Positions 9,001 to 16,051 of a stretch of 64,000 bases of DNA are shown piece after piece. Location: NCBI GenBank assembly GCA_028699255.1, contig JAQVUX010000008.1, positions 3,715 through 67,714 of the forward strand, read 5' to 3'. A model generated the notes under the pieces. The model made no database searches. It was given only the letters and a program-made list of their open reading frames with translations, and was not told the origin of the DNA. Made by a program: the position numbers and the translations under genes. Position 1 is the first letter of the stretch. Every line of letters starts with the position of its first letter. This DNA comes from Candidatus Omnitrophota bacterium. Its GTDB lineage: Bacteria; Omnitrophota; Gorgyraeia; 2-01-FULL-45-10.

Positions 9001-11599
9001 CCCTGCTCGATAATCCTGAATAAACCGACTCGGATGTAATAATACCGTTCGCATCATAAGTCACGGTCGAGTAAAGAGCGCCGGACGAGGCGTAATCATA
9101 TTTTGTCAGCGCGAGAATGTTACCCGTTTTATCATATGTAGTAACACTCGCTACCTTCTCGTCCTCTTTACGGCCCGAATATGACGTCTCGGACGTGATT
9201 ACGCCGTCTGCGTCTATAGTTACGGTAGATTCCAACGCCCCCGCCGCGTTATAGGAATAATTCGTTACCGAAATAACATTGCCAATCTTATCAAAATTGA
9301 TGGCCGACGCGATTTTCTCGTAACCCGATAGGCCGGAGTAGAAAGATATGGCCGTAATTATACCATCGGGATCGGCCGTCATCGTACTGGTAAGGGCTCC
9401 GGATACGTCATAAAGATAACTTATTATCGTCAATACGTTTTGCGACTTATCGAAACTTACGGCATACGAGATTTTCTCATAACCGGCAGGGCCGGCATAA
9501 TAAGTCTCGGACGAAACCGCGCCGAAGGAGTCGTAAATTACGGTCGAAGTGATAGTTCCGGCAATATTGTAATTATAGAATGTGGTTGTGAGGATAGCCC
9601 CCGCAAGATCGTACGCTGTGATGGATATAGCTTTTTCACAGCCCGACCTTCCATCATATGTAGTCTCGGACGTCTTTATACAGTCGGTGTTATATATAAC
9701 GGTTGTCTCGAGATTATTTGCTATTCCATAACTATAATACGAGATCGTAAGAATATCGCCTGAGAGATCAAAGCTTGTTACATTTGTTATCTTCTCCTGC
9801 CCTTCGGAACCTGAATATACGCTAAGGGATATCTTCACGCCATTTGGATCAAATGTCATTACAGTACCGAGAGAGCCGTTAGCATTATATTGGTATGCGG
9901 TCGTGGTAAGAATATTGCCTGAGAGATCGTAGCTGGTACCGCCGGAGGCTTTTTCATAGCCTTTATTGCCTATGTATAGCGTATTCGAAACGAGTACACC
10001 TTTTGCAGTATCATATCCTATATTCGAGTCTAATAGACGGTATGTATCGGTCTCGGTAAGGGCATTATTCACATATTTATAATCTGTGCGGACGGTAATG
10101 GCTCCAGCCGTAATATCAAACGTAAAGGTATGCGTTTTTAGCTCTTTACCTTCAGAGCCTTTATAAAAAGTTACCCCTTCCACCACAGCGCCTGTCAAGT
10201 CATAAGGATCGCTCGTCCCAACATATGCCGTAATCTTATCGAGGGTGCGCTTATTACCGTCTCCCCCTATCGCCGAATTATCGGCGTCTACGGCTAAATC
10301 ATAATTATAAACGCTTACGCTCGCTATGGTCGCGCCATCGGGCGCGTAATCATAAGAAAGCGTTATTACCTCATAATCTTTCAAACCAGTATACTCAGCG
10401 CACTGGCTTAAAACATAAGCGCCTTCCTTTATATAATAAGTAGCGGTCTTTTCGAGATGGCCATCGGTATTATAGATATAGCTTGTCTGGTATGCGGCCT
10501 TATAACTATTTGTGGACGTATCAAGATAATACGATGTCAAAACACTGTCTACTACTTCATGGCCTTTTGCGCCTGTATAGTTTGTTTTAGAAATTAGGTA
10601 TTGGTCGCAGGATTCGGAATTAGCTCTAAGATCTGTAAGACTGTCGGAAAGCGTCAAACCTTTTATGTTATACGCTCTCGTCTGACTTATGGCGTCGTCG
10701 CTGTTATAATCGTAGCAATCGATCCTTCCCGCGACACCATCGGCATAGTCACTTAAGGCGTAAGCTTCCTTCTCCTCACCTGACGAGCCTTCATATATGG
10801 CCTTTGAAACTAAAGAACCGCCGGTAGACAAATCGCCCTTCCATGCGTTAGAACCCGATGCTTCAAAGTCTATCGTCACAGCCGTTATATCGTAGGTATT
10901 TACTTCCGCAAGAGCCGAGGATGAGCCATATTCATAGATAGAGACAGATTCAGGCGTTCCGTCGACATAATCGGATAATATATATTCGATTTTTGCACTG
11001 CCCGATGAGCCGGAATACACAATAGTTTTTACTTTGAGCGAATCGGATAACTGGGTATAGTCGCCTGCCGTGTAACTTGCCATAACTAAGCTTTCGCCGT
11101 CTTCGCTCACCTTCTCAAGGCTCGAATTAGCCCACGACGCTTCCGCAAAATCACGGATGTCATACGAGGCTATCTTCGATAGGGCGCCTCCGGAAGTATA
11201 TGTATAGACGTATATCTGTTGCGGCTTGCCACTGGGGTCATAATCGGTAAGAGTGTACGCGACCTGTTTGCCGGAAACCGCGGCCGAGCTCGAGCGTTTC
11301 TTCTGCAATACCAGTGACTCGCTCTGGACGGGCTGTTGGCTCTGGATGGTGTAATTGGATTGGGTCTCGACTAAGTTTTTCTGGCTTATGACCGCCTCGT
11401 GCCTGGCCTGCGCATAAACAAGATAGGCGGGCGCAATATAATTTTGGGATTTTTGAGAATTGTCGGGAAGAAGAGATTTGGATGCGGAATATTTGTATTT
11501 GTATGAGAATGTGTCGGCGGCGAACGCAATCTGATCCCACATAAAAGTAAAGGATAGGATCAAGCACATAGCTCTGAATAAAATATTTTTATTATTCAT
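1..11599 (-). CDS. Giant secreted YD/RHS-repeat family protein, N-terminal >3860 aa; C-terminus lies beyond window start (partial)
   Basis: Only open minus frame from window edge to ~11599. The other two minus frames hit stops at 4-6 and 12-14, and no track ORF falls in this frame, which fits one ORF lacking an in-window stop. N-terminus MNNKNILFRAMCLILSFTFMWDQIAFA/ADTF is a Sec signal peptide. Hand translation gives repeated YxYDxxGxL motifs (YTYDLSGAL, YSYDASGAL, YDEEGRVATTE, YDAKGNLTGWTE, YDSNGRQ). Start coordinate is uncertain by 1 nt. Confidence 0.65.
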   Translation of the reverse strand, partial: MNNKNILFRAMCLILSFTFMWDQIAFAADTFSYKYKYSASKSLLPDNSQKSQNYIAPAYLVYAQARHEAVISQKNLVETQSNYTIQSQQPVQSESLVLQKKRSSSAAVSGKQVAYTLTDYDPSGKPQQIYVYTYTSGGALSKIASYDIRDFAEASWANSSLEKVSEDGESLVMASYTAGDYTQLSDSLKVKTIVYSGSSGSAKIEYILSDYVDGTPESVSIYEYGSSSALAEVNTYDITAVTIDFEASGSNAWKGDLSTGGSLVSKAIYEGSSGEEKEAYALSDYADGVAGRIDCYDYNSDDAISQTRAYNIKGLTLSDSLTDLRANSESCDQYLISKTNYTGAKGHEVVDSVLTSYYLDTSTNSYKAAYQTSYIYNTDGHLEKTATYYIKEGAYVLSQCAEYTGLKDYEVITLSYDYAPDGATIASVSVYNYDLAVDADNSAIGGDGNKRTLDKITAYVGTSDPYDLTGAVVEGVTFYKGSEGKELKTHTFTFDITAGAITVRTDYKYVNNALTETDTYRLLDSNIGYDTAKGVLVSNTLYIGNKGYEKASGGTSYDLSGNILTTTAYQYNANGSLGTVMTFDPNGVKISLSVYSGSEGQEKITNVTSFDLSGDILTISYYSYGIANNLETTVIYNTDCIKTSETTYDGRSGCEKAISITAYDLAGAILTTTFYNYNIAGTITSTVIYDSFGAVSSETYYAGPAGYEKISYAVSFDKSQNVLTIISYLYDVSGALTSTMTADPDGIITAISFYSGLSGYEKIASAINFDKIGNVISVTNYSYNAAGALESTVTIDADGVITSETSYSGRKEDEKVASVTTYDKTGNILALTKYDYASSGALYSTVTYDANGIITSESVYSGLSSREKVSTVTTLDKLGTILTVTSYFYGVSGVLTEAVTCDSSGIVSSETDYSGLESQEKISLTTTYDKTGNILTITSYSYDASGALLSTVTKDSGGVIVSESVYSGLSGCEKVLSVITFDHIGGILTTTGYSYDASGALDSTITRDADGIKTSETTYSGLSDYEKTSTVTSYDKSGNILAVTNYIYTASGALANTVTCDADSIVTSESAYSGLLGEEKVSVVTSYDKSGTILTKTNYVYAFSGALTSTVTCDSSGVITSEASYSGLENREKISQVTTFDKSGNILTATAYSYASSGALINTITADADGIKLSETVYSGLSGYEKVSAVTTLDKLGAILTTTSYSYASSGALINTITVDADGIKLSETVYSGLSGAEKIISSATFDKNGNVLTATAYSYAASGALAGTVTTDSDGIIISESTYFGLSSEEKISTATTYDKSGSILAITTYSYASSGAIESTITKNSDGIVTSVTIYSGLSGYENVSTITTFDSLGVILTATSYSYGSSGALCSTVTCDSNDVITSQVVYSGPSGAEKISTIATFDKSGVALAITNYTYNASGALTKTAATDGSGVVTSESVYSGLSGEEKVVSVTIFDKLHDTLTITTYSYDASGAIAKTVTSDVADTILSETIYLGLSGYEKISYVAVYDDNHNILTITNYSYDASGALTKNITKDSSGVVTSETVYSGLSGEEKVSTVKAYDKSGNILTIATYSYDISGALISTATNNSDGIIISESVYSGLSGYEKISSVISYDKSHNVLTTTSYTYNVAGAFTLATATDSTGVVISATSYSGLENQENIASVTTFDKTGNVLATTSYSYNSFGALIKTVTEDSGGVITSETVYSGLSGEEKASTVTAFDATGNILTITNYAYDASGALTLTVTTDSGGVTTSESVYSGLSGEEKIVSSTTFDNLGSILTTTAYSYAASGALASIVACDSDGVITSRSLYAGLSGEEKVSSIITYDASDNVLTTTIYSYDDAGALSKTITSDSTGMIKCESAYSGLSGYEKISTVTTFDNSGTVVTATSYIYDASGELASTATVDSDGVVTSESVYSGLSGFEKITSTISFDKSHDIVSVTAYTYDASGALIATITKDADDIITSSSVYTGREGGEKVSGVTTFDKLENALSTTSYSYDAYGALAGTVTTDPDGIIISESTYSGLSGEEKITSSTTFDKLHNALTVTNYSYTASGALAGTVTRDSQGIITSETLYTGLTGEEKISSVTTFDKLYNVLTQTDYTYDLSGALILTVTTDPDGIITSESTYSGPTGYEKALSATSYDKSGDMLSMTNYSYNASGALTKTVTKNSSGVITSESVYSGLSGYEKASAVTTFDDAGNALTVTTYSYDGSGALVLTVTVDSEDVVASVSAYSGLSGEEKIASSTTLDKLGDILTATIYSYDVSGALTKTVMSNSSGIVTSESAYSGLSGCEKLTSVATFDENYNIVGVTTYTYATSGAITGTITKDSLGFVTSVGEYSGLSGSEKIIFTTSYSVDPDGSPYLDTITSYTYDGVTGSLLLTIATDSDGNITSETIYKGLSGEEKADTCTNYYNGAVDSITNYVYSLSGALAETITYDSLGATKLSETYFAGLAGFEISDYTVNYYDDGAVKSTVYYYYGPDNLRAPDAFVQDALTAAKTHDQTGELVNIAYYEGLKGAEVMFFSQAHTTASDSSVAQIESTVIYEYGAGWTLAKSYTYFDGAEGSSDVTGLTQNCMAEYSGARGHEEICYMEGTTCQYAGEDTAEWDYYARTDFTYDSEGRNTGYIEAIYTPGGEWAWDASSGTLSRTTEVAFSDFDSDGRYNRMVRSVVVWNDATLAYDRTGEVTTQENYIYDSDEHLASYNVITVVPNEDTTYKEVTLDDYSGDNACAITTWELDENLVRTGDYSKQSGIVYDSRGRMKSYTLTTSDDSAISISTVYDIVYDKDKIIEDKVASGDDTIFFGENYSLRTYKYNTKGEVETTVVTNGDYTAIYDTDNRLIYFEYSESYQALIGSGSLSGGEDEAAGSRSGSASAADYFNDIISVLEASEAYQDINLSGATSIEYNAEGEVAKITDAKGNVFIYSDNRFSELQDGSGNTIAAIAYTDSSDGALSVSVSNLSDGSSAEFTYDADCRRVLVEETDSTGVATRLETYSYTYTSDGNVLTVSVHKEYYEDSIAVVVDSVEGYDENEKPVSIVTYYHKADERSYVSKWTCSYDSDGHAVYSTDIRCEAASYSLFDGTAALSQNISAYIDIFSAGGYSSLSSDDMNIFGAAEAVIYSTTWAATYDEEGRVATTETSEDDYQYEQVTDVCSSTILTVNSYVSSLSTSASNACDGDLDTYSGYYYRERGGSGYYYNGNYTYWTWTFTTPQDIVSLSWLLYCFAQTWSGASNNSGAWGVYITITSDSGTTVLADEFGSGGGDWSGGYSQNNTVVTDSAGWTGVTQIQVRLYGQAKRVDDGAGGGNEDIYHYMYEMQAVSDDYTAVNLVHKTSQTSDYVYDEKNNILQYTKVDSECAWSGYWGDTGEGTVTTTTTWTATGYTANKVTGYTEVAHTVSSDGTLDFTVTTTRSNMVYEGGILTGYEDVSVSSSAPDEITDSVFSNVAYDDYGRIIGYTEITRTYGTDSSTSAAIDVTTATVRYDMTYDAKGNLTGWTEDITVPTTRTDVTSITTHKVTTDGTYDASGRIKTFTETDTGLVDISSGSALEWREITTQRTATYYNTDSLILYEKDIVTTKDSSGNTLSAKTTITNGIQYDSNGRQCSYTTTIDGAISHVDSSRYNGLGQLVENYTAIENGYSENLYTYDSIGNLLTSQNHYYYDYSYSESQGKDSTITVHQHSETWTDYDKYGAQTSQTKNEYVNMDVESGFWDSFGSWFQSIVDVFLQAINVIPGFQGVGSILATVFDAIMSMANGTFSWVNFGVSIGLDILQMNHFFDNLFAAAKKLLPESVQGIFSNLINAGKSATTAENYWNAVCKGLIQTAVSKSIVIAGDACGWNTFLTSAVSSFASMAIGYGYDNAIG
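4100..9950 (-). repeat. Intragenic tandem array of ~37 units of ~159 nt (53 aa), diverged at nucleotide level, inside the giant ORF
   Basis: The motif gagcgccggaggc.gt.ataagagta recurs at ~4621, 4780, 4940, 5100, 5260, 5420, 5578, 5735 and onward, every ~159-160 nt. Unit translation is YxY(D/T)ASGALxxTVTxDxxGIITSExxYxGLxGEEKIxSxTTFDKxxNxLTxTx. Confidence 0.8.
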
Positions 11600-12995
11600 G
11601 GGCCGCCTTCTTCCTGATAATAACTCCGTAAATCAAAAATGTAAAGGCCAATATGATAAGGAATAGCTTGGTCAAAATATCGCCGTGCGCCGAATAGAAC
11701 GTCTTTGCCTTTACCTTATATATATCGCCCCGCAAAACCCCCGCTTTGTCCGCAGGGATCTCTTTTATGACTTTACCGAACGGGCTTATCACTTCGGTTA
11801 TACCGGTCTGTGTCACCCGTCCCAGATACCGCATACTCTCGGCCGCGCGAGAACGGGCGAAGAATGTCACATATCGCTTTAGCCAAGAATGATCCAGGTC
11901 GACGTCGCTTAGCATGGTGATAAAATATTCGGCGCCGGAGTTCACATAGGCCCTGAATATCTCCGGGCTGAATTCCTCCCAGCATATGGCAAGGCCTGCG
12001 TTATCTGCATAAAGCTTGGCGCTGAATTGCCCGGGCATGACATGTTTATTAAAAACAAACGGTTTGCACGAATAGTACGTTTCTTTAATATTACCGTCGG
12101 GACCTATAATAAGCGCGCTGTCATAATATGCGCCCTTTCTTACGGGGTCGTTGCGTATGGAGCCTATAATGAAAGTTTTCCCGGATCTCTTCACCTCGTC
12201 GAAAAGAGGCTTTGCCTTATCTGGAAAGCGGGCTATTATATCCGTAGGGAAAGTGTATTCCGGCCAGATCACGATGTCAACGCTGTCGTCCGCCGCCGCG
12301 CTCAACGCGGCATAACGCCTCACCCTGTCGTCGATATTATCTTTATATCCGAAGAACGTCCGTCCCGGTATAGCGCCCTGGACGAGCGCAACTTTCACGA
12401 GTTTTCCCGTCACATGCAGATAGCCGGGATCCTTGATCGTCGAGAATACGAAAGACGCGATAAAAACCACGGCCAGAATGCACGATAAGATGAACGACGA
12501 GCGGCTTTTATCCGCGATGAATTTCGCCGTAGCGGAATTGAATAAAACCACCAGTGCGGTAATCCCTATGGAGCCCGTATACCATATTACCGGAGCGGAT
12601 ACCGGGATCAGGACACCCACATCGAACATCGCCGACAACACCGATTTGAAATTGAAAACATAAAGCATCCCCGTCCATACAAAGCACGGGATAAATACCG
12701 TCGGAAAAGTATTATTAAACTTATGGATTAGAAATACGCTCGCCGCAAAAAACGTGAAAAGAAAGGCCGCAATGATAAAAACACCCATTATATAGATGAA
12801 GGGGTTATATAATATAACCGGCAGAAACGCCAGCATGGCGGATACGCCGGTAACTGTAATAATGGAGCGGGTGCCTGTTTTTTTACGCGCATCGGCGGAA
12901 TAGGCTGTATAAAGAAACGGCACGAGGAAAATAAGCACCGCGTAATTGGAGATCGCGTAAGGACTGACCAGGAATAGGATAGACAGAATGTTCAT
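11592..12995 (-). CDS. lnt: Apolipoprotein N-acyltransferase
   Basis: Multi-TM N-terminus then a CN-hydrolase domain with WPE, K and ICWEE (Glu-Lys-Cys triad) and a final C-terminal TM; 467 aa. The stop overlaps the ATG of the giant downstream gene. Confidence 0.8.
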   Translation of the reverse strand: MNILSILFLVSPYAISNYAVLIFLVPFLYTAYSADARKKTGTRSIITVTGVSAMLAFLPVILYNPFIYIMGVFIIAAFLFTFFAASVFLIHKFNNTFPTVFIPCFVWTGMLYVFNFKSVLSAMFDVGVLIPVSAPVIWYTGSIGITALVVLFNSATAKFIADKSRSSFILSCILAVVFIASFVFSTIKDPGYLHVTGKLVKVALVQGAIPGRTFFGYKDNIDDRVRRYAALSAAADDSVDIVIWPEYTFPTDIIARFPDKAKPLFDEVKRSGKTFIIGSIRNDPVRKGAYYDSALIIGPDGNIKETYYSCKPFVFNKHVMPGQFSAKLYADNAGLAICWEEFSPEIFRAYVNSGAEYFITMLSDVDLDHSWLKRYVTFFARSRAAESMRYLGRVTQTGITEVISPFGKVIKEIPADKAGVLRGDIYKVKAKTFYSAHGDILTKLFLIILAFTFLIYGVIIRKKAAHE

Positions 12996-13040
12996 AGCGC
13001 CACCTATGGAGTAACCGGAATTTTTAACGGTTTAGTTATC

Positions 13041-13069
13041 AATATACTGCTTATTTCAATATTTGTCAA
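13041..13069 (-). promoter_or_regulatory. Sigma70-type promoter for lnt (TTGACA-17-TATATT), embedded in palindrome TTGTCAA-N7-TTGACAA
   Basis: Minus-strand -35 TTGACA (13064-13069) and -10 TATATT (13041-13046), 17-nt spacer, about 40 nt upstream of the lnt ATG. GGTGG RBS. Confidence 0.45.
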
Positions 13070-13119
13070 TGTCTTTTTGACAAATGACGAGAACCAACGC
13101 TTTTGCCGCCACAGTCGCA

Positions 13120-13371
13120 TTATTTCCGCCCTGTGATATCCCAATAGGCCCGGTCTTTCCTTAAGATAAGCTCCGCGCCGAGATCGCCTAATTCGTGGTC
13201 CTCGACCTCTTTCTCGAATCTTCCCTTCTTAAGCGCGATAGCCATAGCCTCCGGATGCTTTCTCTGCCATAGAAGCTCCCTGACGTTTCGTATGTCATCC
13301 TGTGAGTAAAGCTTAACCAGAATGTTTTTCCCCGACGTTCCCGCTATCACTAATATTATACGCATCGTCAC
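13120..13371 (-). CDS. Hypothetical small protein (83 aa)
   Basis: Track ORF; no family recognised. Overlaps the upstream zinc-ribbon ORF by 59 nt, so the true start may be internal. Confidence 0.35.
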   Translation of the reverse strand: MTMRIILVIAGTSGKNILVKLYSQDDIRNVRELLWQRKHPEAMAIALKKGRFEKEVEDHELGDLGAELILRKDRAYWDITGRK

Positions 13372-13504
13372 TCACCCCTTTCGCCAGTTCGGTTTTTTTA
13401 AACGCAATGACTTTATGGCGTCCGCCGCATTTGGAACACCTCACATATTTTGGCGCCGCCGTGAAACCTATACTGCCGCATTTGACGCAGATAACCTTTT
13501 TCAC
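13313..13504 (-). CDS. Zinc-ribbon small protein (63 aa; CxxC...CxxC), GTG start
   Basis: VICVKCGS...VRCSKCGG pairs of Cys. AGGAAAGG RBS 12 nt upstream of GTG at 13504. Own consensus promoter. Confidence 0.45.
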   Translation of the reverse strand: MKKVICVKCGSIGFTAAPKYVRCSKCGGRHKVIAFKKTELAKGVSDDAYNISDSGNVGEKHSG

Positions 13505-13536
13505 TTGAGTATCTACCTTTCCTAATGCCTAATTCA

Positions 13537-13564
13537 AATATACCATGTAAACGATTTTTGTCAA
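13537..13564 (-). promoter_or_regulatory. Sigma70-type promoter (TTGACA-16-TATATT) for zinc-ribbon gene
   Basis: rc of 13559-13564 = TTGACA; rc of 13537-13542 = TATATT. Confidence 0.45.
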
Positions 13565-13714
13565 TAGCTTCTAAAAACAAAAGTCGTTTTCTACATACGG
13601 TAAACGCCACATCTTATTCATGCCCAATATGTTACGAATTTCTGTTAAGATTTCAAATAGATATATATTACGATTATTTTCCATATTTTATTTCATGAAA
13701 AATCGTTTTTGCTA

Positions 13715-13743
13715 TTGACAAAGATGGTTTGATGGTGTAAAAT
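13715..13743 (+). promoter_or_regulatory. Sigma70-type promoter TTGACA-17-TAAAAT; predicted leaderless transcript for XRE-cupin gene
   Basis: TTGACA 13715-13720 and TAAAAT 13738-13743. ATG at 13750 sits 7 nt after the -10 with no SD, so the TSS would coincide with the ATG. Confidence 0.45.
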
Positions 13744-13749
13744 TTAGGC

Positions 13750-14340
13750 ATGAAACTACATGAGAAGATAAGATATATACGCAAGAATGTTTTAGGGCTG
13801 ACCCTAAAGGAGTTTCACGCGAAATTGGTCAGCATTTTTGATGATGATGCCCTCACCTACGATAGTCTTATGCGGCTGGAAAAAGGATATCGCGAGGATA
13901 TCCGGTTGAGCAGTCTGGACCAGATATGCACAGGTTTGGGTGTATCTTTGAAGGAGCTAAAAGAGGGCACAGAAGCCGAAGGGTCGAAGCTCGTATCGAT
14001 AATAAAATCATCCGATAGAAACGATAATAAGTATATATATAATGAGAAGGCCATCGCGGAGATCGTAAGCCCGGGGACTATAAGGTTCTTAACCATGGAA
14101 CTTGAAATATTACCCGGGGGCAAAACACATCAGGAAGAAGATCCTGCAGACACAAATAGATACGAAAAACTGATAGTCATGCTCCAGGGGACATTACTCA
14201 CGCATGTCGGCGGCGAGAGCCACCTGATAAAAAGAGGAGACAGCCTCGCTTTCGCAAGCTCCCTCCCCCATTACTTCGAAAACCCTTCCGAAAAAATAAA
14301 AGCGCGCTGTATGGTGATCCAAAACCCTAAATCTTACTGA
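13750..14340 (+). CDS. XRE-family HTH transcriptional regulator with C-terminal cupin domain
   Basis: N-terminal HTH (LTLKEFHAKL...SLMRLEKG) and C-terminal cupin-like beta region (ELEILPGG...HVGGESHLIKRGDSLAF). Confidence 0.7.
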   Translation: MKLHEKIRYIRKNVLGLTLKEFHAKLVSIFDDDALTYDSLMRLEKGYREDIRLSSLDQICTGLGVSLKELKEGTEAEGSKLVSIIKSSDRNDNKYIYNEKAIAEIVSPGTIRFLTMELEILPGGKTHQEEDPADTNRYEKLIVMLQGTLLTHVGGESHLIKRGDSLAFASSLPHYFENPSEKIKARCMVIQNPKSY

Positions 14341-14719
14341 TAAACTGGCCGCGCGTCTTCAATATCTTTTGTATCTTCGATTCCAATACCTTTAAATTCA
14401 CAGGCTTTACGGCATAATCGGTAGCGCCATTCTCAAATGCCTGCTCCGCCACATCATCACTCATGTAAGCCGAAACCACCAGGATATCGATCGTGGGGTT
14501 ATATTCCTTAGCCTCTTTTATCACCACTACCCCGCTCTTCTTCGGCATCTTTATGTCGAGAAGTACAAGGTCGCAGGGATTGGATTTTATGTAAAGGACC
14601 GCCTCCTCACCGTCGGAAGCCTCCTGGAATTCAGCCTCGTACCTCATCTGCAAAAAGTCGCGCAGGGAGCTTCTTATCTCTTCTACGTCATCGACTATCA
14701 ATATAACGGGCTTTTTCAC
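14327..14719 (-). CDS. Stand-alone response-regulator receiver (CheY-like), 130 aa
   Basis: ILIVDDVEEIR...LVLLDIKMP...K: receiver Asp pocket and phospho-acceptor, no output domain. Confidence 0.8.
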   Translation of the reverse strand: MKKPVILIVDDVEEIRSSLRDFLQMRYEAEFQEASDGEEAVLYIKSNPCDLVLLDIKMPKKSGVVVIKEAKEYNPTIDILVVSAYMSDDVAEQAFENGATDYAVKPVNLKVLESKIQKILKTRGQFISKI

Positions 14720-15093
14720 GCCTTCTCCTTTAATAGTTCCTGTATCTTTTTGACTACAACCTCCTGCAGATATTTTACTTTGAATGGCTTAATGATATAT
14801 TCATCAACGCCCAGCGCTTTTGCCTTTGTAATGGTCTCGCTATCGCCTTGAACCGTAAGCATGATAACCTTGATATTCTTATCTATCGCTTTGACCTTCT
14901 CGAGCACCTCGAGGCCGGTCATGCCCCCCATGACTATATCGAGAAAAACAATGTCGGGCCTGTCTTTATTTACAATGTCGAGGGCTTCCTCGCCGCTGTT
15001 TGCGGCAAGGACATGGAACTTCCTCTGTTTAAAAAAACTGCACAGTAGGTCCGTTATGCCCTTTTCATCGTCGACGGTTAAAAGCTTTATCAT
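14716..15093 (-). CDS. Stand-alone response-regulator receiver (CheY-like), 125 aa
   Basis: LLTVDDEKG...IVFLDIVMGGMTG...IMLT...K; 4-nt overlap with the downstream receiver. Confidence 0.8.
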   Translation of the reverse strand: MIKLLTVDDEKGITDLLCSFFKQRKFHVLAANSGEEALDIVNKDRPDIVFLDIVMGGMTGLEVLEKVKAIDKNIKVIMLTVQGDSETITKAKALGVDEYIIKPFKVKYLQEVVVKKIQELLKEKA

Positions 15094-15187
15094 GCACCTG
15101 CCTCATTATTTTTATTTGCCATCACTTAGATGGAGTATATTCTATTTTGCCGGCGTAGTCAAATCTTTCCTGGGCTGATTACAAGCC

Positions 15188-16051
15188 TTATTCTTTTATT
15201 CCTTTAATCCGATCAATAATATTTTCCAATTGACGGTTGAATTCATCCGGAGATTCAACCATCAGGAAATGTCCAAGACCCGGCATTATTTTTAAATGAT
15301 AGGACTTTAAATATTTGCTATTTATCTCCGGATAGCTCGGCCATAAATCCGCGTTCAAGCACCACAATGGCACATGCACATCAGCCAGGAGCGGGATAAC
15401 CGGAGTGCCGAAATAACATTCGATAGTGCTAATCGCTATTTCCGGATTAGCCCGGGCGACATTTTTGACTACCTTATTAACCAGTTTAGGATCGGCGTTC
15501 TTAGTAAACATTTCCCGCATAAAAATACCGGAATTTTTTACGAAATCTTTTTTCATCGGATCAATGTATTTTATTTTATCTTCAGCGGTAGCCATATACT
15601 CAAAATTCTCCAGAGTATCGACGGCGACAAGCCCGTATACTTTATCTTTAAGAATCCGATTTGCTTCAAGAATTATCGTGCCCGACATAGAATGCCCTAT
15701 AAGGATAACCTTATCGGCATTCTCCGCGTTTACCACCGCGGCCACATCTTCGCCAAAGAGTTCCTGAGTATAAATCTTTCTTTGGCGTCCGGATGCGCCA
15801 TGGCCGGCCAGGTCCAAAGCAATAACCCGGTATTTCTTGGAAAAATACGGTATCTGTTTATACCAAACAGAGCGGCTACCGCACCATCCGTGCACAAAAA
15901 CCAATGCCGGCGCTCCTTTGCCATACACAGAATAGGCTATCTTTACGCCGTCCTTGGAAAGAATGGTTTTATCCTTTACTGGCGCAAAAATTAAGAATAC
16001 AGCCGTTACGCAAATAACCAGAAAACTCAAACGATAAAATAATTTCTTCAT
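15188..16051 (-). CDS. Secreted or membrane-anchored alpha/beta hydrolase (RsbQ-like); start moved to internal Met with RBS
   Basis: HGWCGS, nucleophile elbow GHSMSG, downstream His. MKKLFYRLSFLVICVTAVFLIFAP signal/anchor is preceded by GGAGAAGG; the track's longer N-terminal extension has no RBS. Confidence 0.7.
   Translation of the reverse strand: MKKLFYRLSFLVICVTAVFLIFAPVKDKTILSKDGVKIAYSVYGKGAPALVFVHGWCGSRSVWYKQIPYFSKKYRVIALDLAGHGASGRQRKIYTQELFGEDVAAVVNAENADKVILIGHSMSGTIILEANRILKDKVYGLVAVDTLENFEYMATAEDKIKYIDPMKKDFVKNSGIFMREMFTKNADPKLVNKVVKNVARANPEIAISTIECYFGTPVIPLLADVHVPLWCLNADLWPSYPEINSKYLKSYHLKIMPGLGHFLMVESPDEFNRQLENIIDRIKGIKE

Noticed and set aside
13413-13610. 65-aa minus-strand ORF overlapping the Zn-ribbon gene
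   Set aside because: It lies out of frame over a better-supported gene and its promoter, with no RBS.
13040-13720. Recurring TTGTCAA/TTGACAA motifs considered as operator sites of the XRE regulator
   Set aside because: Each copy sits at correct -35 spacing (16-17 nt) from a good -10 hexamer for the adjacent genes. The simplest reading is near-consensus sigma70 promoters, though dual use is not excluded.
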